Part shown: positions 57,801 to 64,000 of the stretch, piece after piece
How the letters are laid out: every line of letters starts with the position of its first letter
Numbering within the stretch: the stretch's first letter is position 1
Assembly: GCA_900540805.1 (NCBI GenBank)
Contig: UQHL01000004.1
Location: forward strand, 101,323-165,322
DNA: 64,000 nt
Source of the DNA: an uncultured Eubacteriales bacterium
Lineage (GTDB): Bacteria > Bacillota > Clostridia > Christensenellales > Borkfalkiaceae
Reading direction: 5' to 3'
Translations under genes and position numbers: made by a program
Notes under the pieces: model-generated
Database searches by the model: none
What the model saw: the letters and a program-made list of their open reading frames with translations, nothing else
What the model was told of the DNA's origin: nothing

Positions 57801-57860
57801 TCCGTTTTTGCTTGTCGCTCTCGAATATTTCGAGTGAATGTGTAAGTCCGCTATATACAT
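54843..57860 (-). CDS. fusion protein: N-terminal EndoQ-like PHP-domain nuclease with zinc finger + C-terminal compact UvrD/PcrA-type SF1 helicase
   Basis: N-terminus MYIADLHIHSKYSRATSK..., SNSDAHSP, CPVCGKK (EndoQ/TIGR00375-like). C-terminus has Walker A AGPGTGKTF, DEFQD, YRST and GAKGLEFPVV helicase motifs. Start set at 57860 after promoter TTTACA-17-TATAAT. Confidence 0.75.
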   Translation of the reverse strand: MYIADLHIHSKYSRATSKNGDIPNLDFWARRKGIELVGTGDFTHPAWRGEMADTLEPAEEGLYRIKPEKRLKDFCDFSIEPRFVVSGEISCIYKQDGKVRKVHNLILLPSLDAAERLALKLETIGNIRSDGRPILGLSSKDLLAITLEICPEAIFIPAHIWTPHFSMFGAFSGFDTVEECFGDLAPHIRAMETGLSSDPRMNRRVPQLDRYTLVSNSDAHSPAKLGRESNLIDAELSYPALKRTLDTGEGFLGTVEFFPEEGKYHLDGHRACHLRLTPQETRALGGKCPVCGKKITIGVLNRLEQLAERDETYISEKEKRFEYLMPLPEVIAASLGISASGDKAERVYCKLLSKLGAEAEILRVRSLGDIEKAGGERIAEGIRRLREERVIKTAGYDGEYGKIALFTPDELKNASGQMSFLSDLPLAAARDGETDRGEKFKKGKEEKNENESGERDPRGINAEQEAAADSKARVTAVVAGPGTGKTFTLVERIVRLVESGVKPAEITAVTFTVKAAAEMRERLSARLKKAAEKITVGTFHSICFSFLKDEFALANPAFMLKTAAEVVAEYGIKLAPRKFLNHVSAVKNGKETETDAAAEYNRRLRAAGMLDYDDLISEALKRKIKGKQFRYLHVDEFQDVNPAQYELIRLWLGEEGRLFAIGDPDQAIYSFRGAASDCFSMLAADYPDALTVRLTKNYRSTPEVIDCALNVVSHNSGARVLEACKPSGAAVRLVDCASELSEGIFVAKEIARMTGGLDMLGKGREEGLREFGEIAVLARTHRQLSQIEHCLRRDDIPCVVSGKTEFLEAPAVSGTLAFFAALLAQNEAAEAQALEFMGGRENFEAAKEKFLPLIGGRPRKILTAWKEYLHLTSAEFEELIKAAHYAAMDEFLDAVYLGKEGDVLLPSGNAAAGAVRLATLHGAKGLEFPVVFLCGLTEKVLPLVSSRETDEEEERRLFYVGITRAIEELVLTTRGDPSPFLAELPSNVKREKALEKPWAQQLSLF

Positions 57861-57865
57861 ACTTT

Positions 57866-57894
57866 CATTATAACCTTGTTTTTCGGATTTGTAA
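57866..57894 (-). promoter_or_regulatory. promoter TTTACA-17-TATAAT for the nuclease-helicase gene
   Basis: Minus-strand hexamers immediately upstream of the ATG at 57860. Confidence 0.45.
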
Positions 57895-58062
57895 AGAATA
57901 CAAACGGTTTTCGGCAGGATTTTTTTAATAAATTTTATAAAACCGATCAAAAGTCAAAACCCCTTACCTCCCCTTCCGCAAATAACCCTATCCGTCGAAA
58001 AAATCAAAAGCCGACGACATACTTTTTCCAAAAAAACACCGACGTGAAAATTATTTTGTTGC

Positions 58063-58089
58063 ATGAAAATTTTTTCACAAAATTTTCAT
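58063..58089. promoter_or_regulatory. perfect 11-bp inverted repeat ATGAAAATTTT-TTCAC-AAAATTTTCAT (candidate operator)
   Basis: Exact palindrome in the AT-rich region at the left edge of the low-GC island. 18 nt upstream of a consensus promoter. Confidence 0.4.
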
Positions 58090-58106
58090 TTTTCTTAAAA
58101 ACCCGC

Positions 58107-58135
58107 TTGACAAATCTTTTAGAAAGGGATAGAAT
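58107..58135 (+). promoter_or_regulatory. consensus sigma-A promoter TTGACA-17-TAGAAT with no obvious sense-strand gene
   Basis: Would transcribe antisense through the 58241..58513 gene toward the XRE regulator. Target unclear. Confidence 0.4.
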
Positions 58136-58240
58136 AAATTCATAAAAATGTTTACACATCCAAATAAATTTTGTGAGAAGTCGTACTTCGCGAGAGGTAC
58201 GGCTTTTCTTTATGAGAGACAGTCTGCTTTGATGATAATT

Positions 58241-58513
58241 TTAATTTTCTTCATAGTCCGCGCCCTCCGCAGCCTCTAATCCCATAAGCAACCCAAATTT
58301 GAAGCCTTCCAAATAATGATTATCTTCCGCCTCACAATTCAAAAAGTCAAGAGCTGTGGTCGCGTTTTTGTATAAGTCCAATAAATGAGGAAATTCGGAA
58401 AGCTGCGCCCTCATTTCCTCGTCTTTTTTAACAAATTCCTCTAAAAGTCTGAAATATTCGTCGCTGCACGGCACCTTTTCAAAATTTCCTCTCTCCGTGT
58501 AGTACATTTGCAT
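58241..58513 (-). CDS. hypothetical small acidic protein (divergent partner of XRE regulator)
   Basis: ~90 aa starting MQMYYTERGNFEKV (AAAAGGAAA RBS). No recognisable family. Confidence 0.5.
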   Translation of the reverse strand: MQMYYTERGNFEKVPCSDEYFRLLEEFVKKDEEMRAQLSEFPHLLDLYKNATTALDFLNCEAEDNHYLEGFKFGLLMGLEAAEGADYEEN

Positions 58514-58641
58514 AATTGCCGATTTCCTTTTCATAAATTACCTCTTTACTTTATTTAATCACAATCGTGATTATTTATATTATAGCAACCGCGATTGGTG
58601 TTTGTCAAGCATTTTAATCACGTTTGTGGTAAAATAGTAAC

Positions 58642-58845
58642 ATGGAAAAATTTATCGAAAGATTAAAAGAGTTACGCGCTCAAAAAGGATTGTCTCAGGC
58701 ACAGCTTGCCAAAGCGACGGGGCTGAGCCAAAGCGCCATAACTTATTGGGAAACGGGAAAGAGAATCCCCAACGCATATGCAGTGATTATTCTTGCAAGA
58801 TTTTTTGATGTATCAACAGATTACCTATTGGGTGAAGAAGATTAA
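58642..58845 (+). CDS. XRE-family (Cro/C1-type HTH) transcriptional regulator
   Basis: 67 aa, LSQAQLAKATGLSQSAITYWETGKRIPN helix-turn-helix. Confidence 0.8.
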   Translation: MEKFIERLKELRAQKGLSQAQLAKATGLSQSAITYWETGKRIPNAYAVIILARFFDVSTDYLLGEED

Positions 58846-58888
58846 TTTTTCCGCTGCGGAATAACGAACGGGCTTTTTATACGCAAAA

Positions 58889-58931
58889 AAAGGACTTAGG
58901 CTGATGGTGTTCAACCTAAGTCCTTTTTTTG
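58889..58931 (+). terminator. rho-independent terminator after the XRE gene
   Basis: aaggacttagg...cctaagtcctt 11-bp stem + TTTTTTT. Confidence 0.65.
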
Positions 58932-59230
58932 TTCTGGCGCAGAAGGCGGGATTTTCTACAATACTATATATTGTGTTTATTTTGAGAATATAACCACTAT
59001 ATATTGTATATTTTTGCCTTTAGTAACATTTTAGTAATATATCAAATTGTTTTTACTCTAATATAGTGCGGTTCTACGGAGCCGCTTTTTCGTTAAAAAG
59101 AGGGCCGAACCTATAAAAGTCCGACCCTCTCTCCTTTGTTCTTAACCGCGTTTAACGAGATAATTATATCACTTTCATGTTGAGTTGACAAGCGTTTTTG
59201 CTGTTGAGGGGAAAAATTAGTCAAAAACAT

Positions 59231-59650
59231 CTATTTGCTCTCAGTTGGAGCATTATCAACTAAGGCATTTACATCAATAGGTTGGAGCAAAATAGGGGTT
59301 AAACCAGGTTGAGTAGTTAATAAAGAAACTTGGCTACGAATAAACGGCATCATAATTGCTACCGTATTCTTTTTTAAAATCTCATTAGCAATTTCTTCAC
59401 TAAAATTTTCTCTTTCCAGTCTAAAAAATCCTAAAGCAGTTAAACTTAAATCAAAATTTTTCTCTTCATCAAATATTGTTGTGACTATTTGAATTTTTAC
59501 TTGATTTCTATCATCATCTTTTTCCGCATAGTCAATATTATAAGTTGACAATAATTTTAACGGTTTACCGTTTCCTTTAAATTTGAAAGAATACGCCGGA
59601 AAATAGAAACTGATCATTTCCAGCTTACTCTTGAACTCATTATCACCCAT
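59231..59650 (-). CDS. SecB-like chaperone (third component of a toxin-antitoxin-chaperone module)
   Basis: C-terminal half VAIMMPFIRSQVSLLTTQPGLTPILLQPIDVNAL matches the SecB signature region (cf. E. coli ...LFPYARE...FPxLNLxPVNFDAL). Confidence 0.6.
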   Translation of the reverse strand: MGDNEFKSKLEMISFYFPAYSFKFKGNGKPLKLLSTYNIDYAEKDDDRNQVKIQIVTTIFDEEKNFDLSLTALGFFRLERENFSEEIANEILKKNTVAIMMPFIRSQVSLLTTQPGLTPILLQPIDVNALVDNAPTESK

Positions 59651-59674
59651 TATAAGGTCTCCTTTTTTGTAATT

Positions 59675-60076
59675 TTAGGCAGCCGTCTCAACCGTATCAA
59701 TGAGCGTATAACTCCCTGATAGGTCGTAACATCCCTTCATCTCTACCGGTAATTGCATCTTTATCGGCGAAAATGCAGTTTGAAAATCTTTCTCTTCTCC
59801 GTTTTTATCGACCACTGTTACTTTTCGAATTTTTTCTAACAACTCTGGATTCTCGGAAATAAGAGAAAACAAAACCGCGCTACTTCCAACAACCTTATTA
59901 GTCCCCTGTTCCCATTTTTCTACTGCTTTTTTAGTAACTCCCATCACGTTCGCTAAAGCAATCTGGGTTAATTTAAATTTCTTTCTGAAATCTTTAACAA
60001 ATTTACTGCTAATATCAATTTCAAGATAAGAAACAACCACCCGCTCACTGTTCATTAGTCCATTAATGTTGATCAC
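59675..60076 (-). CDS. HTH (XRE/HigA-MqsA-like) antitoxin with C-terminal extension (putative chaperone-addiction segment)
   Basis: LTQIALANVMGVTKKAVEKWEQG HTH. ~60 extra C-terminal residues. 4-nt overlap with the toxin gene. Confidence 0.6.
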   Translation of the reverse strand: MININGLMNSERVVVSYLEIDISSKFVKDFRKKFKLTQIALANVMGVTKKAVEKWEQGTNKVVGSSAVLFSLISENPELLEKIRKVTVVDKNGEEKDFQTAFSPIKMQLPVEMKGCYDLSGSYTLIDTVETAA

Positions 60077-60510
60077 TTTTGGCCTCCATTTAACTCTTTA
60101 ATATATTCATCCACAAGCTCTTTTAATTTATTCCGATCGCTTGCGGAAATATTCTCGTTTTCGCCGTGTCCATGTCTATATATATGTAAAAGATATCCGA
60201 AATGGTTAATGTTATCTACAAGGACTATACAACGATATCCGTATGATTTTCCTTCTCCTCTTTCTTTATCATCGCTTCTAAGCTTCGAATAGTTTGCCTT
60301 TCTTTCTTCCCCCCAATAAATAACTTGATAAGAAGGTCTGTTTTCTCCCATCTTTAATTCTTCAGCAATATTTTGCGCAATTCTTGCCAATTCCTCTTTC
60401 CGTAATTTCTGTCTTTTTATATCTTTGATTATATTATAGGGAGTAAAAGGTTTAAATTCTTCCTGTATTTCTTCAAAATTAAGGCTGACTTTATATTCTA
60501 CATACCCCAT
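60073..60510 (-). CDS. putative RelE/ParE-superfamily toxin (HigB/Gp49-like)
   Basis: C-terminal ...YGYRCIVLVDNINHFGYLLHIYRHGHGEN...RNKLKEL resembles HigB-type toxins (cf. M. tuberculosis HigB1 ...HEANNHFRVLFFRWG). First gene of the toxin-antitoxin-chaperone order. Confidence 0.45.
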   Translation of the reverse strand: MGYVEYKVSLNFEEIQEEFKPFTPYNIIKDIKRQKLRKEELARIAQNIAEELKMGENRPSYQVIYWGEERKANYSKLRSDDKERGEGKSYGYRCIVLVDNINHFGYLLHIYRHGHGENENISASDRNKLKELVDEYIKELNGGQK

Positions 60511-60828
60511 ATACTTCTCCCAATCTTTTGTACCCTACATAATAGGGTATATCCAATATACTACAAATTAATCTTTTTGTCAACAGTTTTGGTAAAAATA
60601 TTTTTTAAATCACTACATTGATTATTTGATTTCGTTTCAATAGCAAAAAACGGAATTGATAATATTATAGCCCATAAATAGCCTGTGTCAACCCTTTACT
60701 GCCAACTTTTTTCTAAAAAGCACAAAAAACCCCGACAAAGCAGTATTACCTGCCCTGTCGGGGTGTTCTTCAATCATCATAATCATGCGAAGCAAGCACG
60801 GCTACGAGCCAAATCAGAAATATCGTAA

Positions 60829-61743
60829 TCATGCGTTCTCCTTCGGATTCGCTTTGCACCACTTTTCGCACGCTTCGGCTTCAGAAGCTCTCAACTCGTT
60901 TCTCTTGATTTCTTTTCGAGAGATATTCCAGCCAAACGAGGTCTTGAATGCAATATAAATCATCATTGTAATAATCTTTATTACAGCCGCGATAATCACT
61001 TCTTTTGACAGATTTAGTACCACGTCCGAAACCAAAGAACACACGAACACTGAAGAGATAAGCGTCGTAAATATAGACTTCACCGTATCCAACCTATCCT
61101 CACGCTCTGTGTTATACATCTCCGACGGAGATTTGCTGCTGTCTATCTCGCTTTTGAATGAAAGGATAAAGTTCGGATCATATGGCTTTACGCGAATTTT
61201 ATCACACCTGCGAATTGCCTTATACTGCTTTTGGTTTATCTCTCCGTTTTTTATCAGGGCACGGAGTTCTCGGCTTTCCAAACCTATAAAACGTTTTTCA
61301 TAGTCCTGAACGGTCAATCCCACAACGCTTAAATACTGTGTCCGCGCTCGTCTTATCACTTTTTCCGTATATTCTTCGCAATACCGCGGCACCTGTCCCA
61401 CATACTCGGAATCGCTTAACTTCTTTATAGCCTCATTCGCCTTTTTATCTGCGTCGTTATATTCTTCCGTACTTCGTCCCTTATCTCTGGCTATCTTCTT
61501 CGTCAGCATTCCTACCGACACCGTACCCGCGGCAAACCACAACGTATTGAACGTAATTTCCTTAATGCTGAAGCTTCCCGACATATCAAATACGATCAGA
61601 TAGGACGCTATCAAGGCGGTAAAAATAATAACGTCTATGATAGTCAGCAAGCCGTCCACAAATGCATTTTCTTTCTTTTCCTTAATCCTCGGCGCGTAAA
61701 TAAAAGGCGCTTCTTCTTTCTTATCTTCTATTTTCTTCATCAT
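60829..61743 (-). CDS. hypothetical membrane protein (2+2 TM with large central cytoplasmic domain)
   Basis: 304 aa. Last gene of a 5-gene translationally coupled operon. Low-GC. Confidence 0.6.
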   Translation of the reverse strand: MMKKIEDKKEEAPFIYAPRIKEKKENAFVDGLLTIIDVIIFTALIASYLIVFDMSGSFSIKEITFNTLWFAAGTVSVGMLTKKIARDKGRSTEEYNDADKKANEAIKKLSDSEYVGQVPRYCEEYTEKVIRRARTQYLSVVGLTVQDYEKRFIGLESRELRALIKNGEINQKQYKAIRRCDKIRVKPYDPNFILSFKSEIDSSKSPSEMYNTEREDRLDTVKSIFTTLISSVFVCSLVSDVVLNLSKEVIIAAVIKIITMMIYIAFKTSFGWNISRKEIKRNELRASEAEACEKWCKANPKENA

Positions 61744-62189
61744 TTGCTTTCACCTCTCAATCGTTCGTTTACAACCTCCACCTGTCCACAGTGCCGCCAC
61801 AATTCCTCAAACTCTTTGGACAGCTTGAAGCAGATCGCCCCGAGCGTATTCCCGATCGCCGCAAACGCAAAGACGAACGTCAAGCCCTCTATCGTGGCTT
61901 TCTCCATGGAATTGACCAGCGCCATAAGTCCGAACAGTACCCAGCAGATCACCGCGGCGTTAGGGCTTTTCATGACCTTTATGAGCGCTTTATACAGCGG
62001 CAGCGCGGCGCATACCACGACGACCACGAACACCCCCGACAGTGTGCTGTCCGCGTCTTTAACCACGATTACGGGCAATTTCAATATCCCTGCTATTAAA
62101 GTAGGCACGACGCAAAACGCCATGCCCACCCAATACGCGATTAATCTTGCGTTGTAGTACCACTCTTTAGAGTGCTTGATCTTCTTCAT
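61740..62189 (-). CDS. hypothetical 4-TM membrane protein
   Basis: 149 aa. ATGA overlap with the downstream gene. Confidence 0.6.
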   Translation of the reverse strand: MKKIKHSKEWYYNARLIAYWVGMAFCVVPTLIAGILKLPVIVVKDADSTLSGVFVVVVVCAALPLYKALIKVMKSPNAAVICWVLFGLMALVNSMEKATIEGLTFVFAFAAIGNTLGAICFKLSKEFEELWRHCGQVEVVNERLRGESK

Positions 62190-62862
62190 CGGATTTCTCC
62201 TTTGTCTCGCCGTCTATCTCCCGGATCGCCGCGTTTAGATCGTGCTTGATCGCCTCTTTGCTTGCCGCTCCGATATTCGTTCGGTCGATAAACTGCATAA
62301 ACGCTTTCGCATGAAATACCATAGCTTTCGTCAGCGCTTCCACGTCCTTTTTCGTGCTATCGCCCGTCTGCCCGTTGTGGTTGCTCTCGTCTATTAAACC
62401 GTTGGTGCCTTTAAGCTGTAGATCCAGCTTCTCGGAAACTTCTTTGAGCTGCTTCTTCAGTTTCCCGTTCTTGACGTTGGTATAGATGAGATAAACGACG
62501 AACACGAGAAGTTGCGCCACGCTCGCCACGGTGGAGATCGTCACTTGCTTTTCGGAAGCGGCCGCTTTTATCGCCTCCACCGCTTTTGCGTATTCGCTCC
62601 CTATCCCCGCTTGGTCCGCGTACTTTTGGACCCAGGCGAGAAATGCGTCTAAATCGAACTCGGGGTCGGGCGCGGGTGTTTCCTCGACCGTTTCGCTATC
62701 GTCGCTTGTAGCCTCGTTTGCGCTGTCCTGCGGGGCTTCTATCGACGTTTCCTCTGCGGCTGCCGAATATGTACTCGTGCCAAAAATCAGACCTATACAC
62801 ACACTCAAAAGCGCGACTAAAATCACGACAATCAACACGTTTATAATCCTTTTCTTTTTCAT
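62167..62862 (-). CDS. hypothetical 2-TM membrane protein with acidic spacer and coiled-coil tail
   Basis: 231 aa. N-terminal TM IINVLIVVILVALLSVCIGLIF. Second TM ~100-125. Overlaps the neighbouring genes. Confidence 0.6.
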   Translation of the reverse strand: MKKKRIINVLIVVILVALLSVCIGLIFGTSTYSAAAEETSIEAPQDSANEATSDDSETVEETPAPDPEFDLDAFLAWVQKYADQAGIGSEYAKAVEAIKAAASEKQVTISTVASVAQLLVFVVYLIYTNVKNGKLKKQLKEVSEKLDLQLKGTNGLIDESNHNGQTGDSTKKDVEALTKAMVFHAKAFMQFIDRTNIGAASKEAIKHDLNAAIREIDGETKEKSDEEDQAL

Positions 62863-63515
62863 CTTTCCGTCTCCTTAAAAGTTACTTCTGCGCCGTTATC
62901 GACGTATTCTTGCATTTTTGCCAATACCCTATCCGATGTCGCGGAAACTTGTTCTAAATCTATTCGACAACTTTCCAACTCACCCGCCACACCGCTTTTG
63001 AAACTCTCTATCGTTTCATTAAAAGTAGATATACTTGTTTCTAATCTTTCCTCGAAGCCCGCCAAATCGCTCGCCACGGCGTTTCTGTGCGTGTCCAAGG
63101 CCTCGTTTAATTCTTCCCGTAACGCCGCCACTTTGTCTATCAGTTCCTGAATTATAGAAGTCACCGCGAAACAGCCTTCTTCCGCCGTCACTATGCACGG
63201 TTCGATCATATACCCGCCGTTAATGAGCTTCGTTCCCATATCGTTGTACTGCTTCAGCGAAAATTCCAGATACTCCGTCCCGCCCTGTTTCAACCACTCG
63301 CAAGGCAACGTCGCCACGGGTTCTTTCTGCGTAAACGCAAACGTATAGACAGGCGCGCCGCCGTGACGCACGAATAAACGGAATAACCCGCTCTTGTTTT
63401 TCAGCCCCGATAAATCGAGGGCGATTCTTAAATCCGAGTTCTCCGACAAAACAAATGACGGAACGTCTAACCGTCCCGTCATTCCTGTAAATGCTATCGT
63501 ACGTTGTTCCGTCAT
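62859..63515 (-). CDS. hypothetical soluble protein (beta-rich N-domain + coiled-coil C-terminus)
   Basis: 218 aa. ATGA overlaps on both sides. Confidence 0.6.
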   Translation of the reverse strand: MTEQRTIAFTGMTGRLDVPSFVLSENSDLRIALDLSGLKNKSGLFRLFVRHGGAPVYTFAFTQKEPVATLPCEWLKQGGTEYLEFSLKQYNDMGTKLINGGYMIEPCIVTAEEGCFAVTSIIQELIDKVAALREELNEALDTHRNAVASDLAGFEERLETSISTFNETIESFKSGVAGELESCRIDLEQVSATSDRVLAKMQEYVDNGAEVTFKETER

Positions 63516-63844
63516 AAGATCGCCTCCTGAAGTTTCGCTTCCAGGGCGTTTATCTCGTCACGCCAGGCCTGGCGCTGCGCTTTCGTCTCCGCGTATTCCG
63601 CTTCGCTCAAAAAGCCTTCCGCGTATTTTAGCGCCTTGTAATCCGTTTCTTTAAGCTTGTTTTTTAACTCGGATATCTTAAATACCGTCGTTTCCTGCTC
63701 CGTAGCCTCGACTTTCGTGCAATAGTAATTTTCGGGATCGTCGTCCATTATCATGTATTCGTTTTCGTTACACCATGCCGCCCATTCTGAATATTCTTGC
63801 GCTTTTTCTTCTTCTAAAGGCTTTGACATTCTTTTATTTTTCAT
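63512..63844 (-). CDS. hypothetical protein, possibly phage XkdX-like C-terminal segment
   Basis: 110 aa. AAGGAGG RBS. C-terminal ...TDYKALKYAEGFLSEAEYAETK... loosely reminiscent of small phage tail-region proteins. Confidence 0.5.
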   Translation of the reverse strand: MKNKRMSKPLEEEKAQEYSEWAAWCNENEYMIMDDDPENYYCTKVEATEQETTVFKISELKNKLKETDYKALKYAEGFLSEAEYAETKAQRQAWRDEINALEAKLQEAIL

Positions 63845-64000
63845 TTTTCAACCTCCTTAATATCCGATTGCAAACCAACAAAAAATTTCATCCGCATATG
63901 CGACTGCACCGGCGGAATTAGTATAACTACAATATGCCGTAAAACCTGTCGCTGACTTTGCGCTTGCCTTAAAACTTAAAAGCGTTGTTGTCGGTTGAGC

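Noticed and set aside
7760-63910. The two CCGCATATGCGAC motifs as attL/attR of a single integrated element
   Set aside because: The 56-kb interval contains core genes (pyr operon, trpS, dut, pgi) and uniform high GC. No integrase seen.
1-64000. CRISPR arrays, rRNA, tRNA
   Set aside because: No regularly spaced direct repeats. No tRNA-like cloverleaf candidates or rRNA-like conserved stretches were recognised in intergenic regions.

Overview
This 64-kb window is a high-GC (~58-62%) chromosomal segment that looks Firmicutes/Clostridia-like, with sporulation genes (spoIIE, a spoVB-like flippase, a LysM protein) and an ndoA-type mazF. It is densely coding and most genes sit on the minus strand. 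I found no rRNA, tRNA or CRISPR array.

Housekeeping content:
- an AraC-controlled sugar isomerase/oxidoreductase operon (1-3968)
- an ECF-like sigma / anti-sigma / secreted C39-like peptidase / BtrH-like cluster (4192-7448)
- small membrane proteins and an alpha/beta hydrolase
- a DUF4097 lipoprotein
- glmM plus a truncated GlmU-like gene
- a leucine-rich-repeat lipoprotein
- a NitT/TauT-type ABC importer co-operonic with a small regulator and a divergent [FeFe]-hydrogenase-like protein (14584-19334)
- a HAD hydrolase, trmB, dut and a ZIP transporter
- trpS and galM-galK
- a complete pyrR-pyrB-pyrC-pyrF-pyrK-pyrD-pyrE operon with a leader/attenuator (26760-33065)
- a metallophosphoesterase
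- a sporulation-flavoured block (Cys-rich protein, LysM protein, SpoVB-like flippase)
- pgi
- an orphan ndoA/mazF toxin
- spoIIE
- mgtE
- a two-gene membrane/zinc-ribbon operon
- an isochorismatase-family hydrolase and an inorganic pyrophosphatase.

Three lower-GC islands stand out:
- 33.8-34.3 kb: one small membrane protein.
- 47.4-53.4 kb: a glycan-decoration cassette with a GT-C-like membrane protein, a HisC-like aminotransferase, a cytidylyltransferase-oxidoreductase fusion, a LicD transferase, a disrupted GT2 and a flippase.
- 57.9-64.0 kb: an XRE regulator, a toxin-antitoxin-SecB-like chaperone (TAC) module, and an uncharacterised five-gene, membrane-protein-rich operon.

Other notable observations:
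- An EndoQ-like PHP nuclease is fused to a compact UvrD-type helicase (54843-57860).
- A promoter-plus-stem-loop cassette recurs upstream of three genes: the hydrogenase-like gene, mgtE and the LRR lipoprotein gene.
- The ORF track translates TTG/GTG starts as M, so several starts were re-assigned by RBS inspection.
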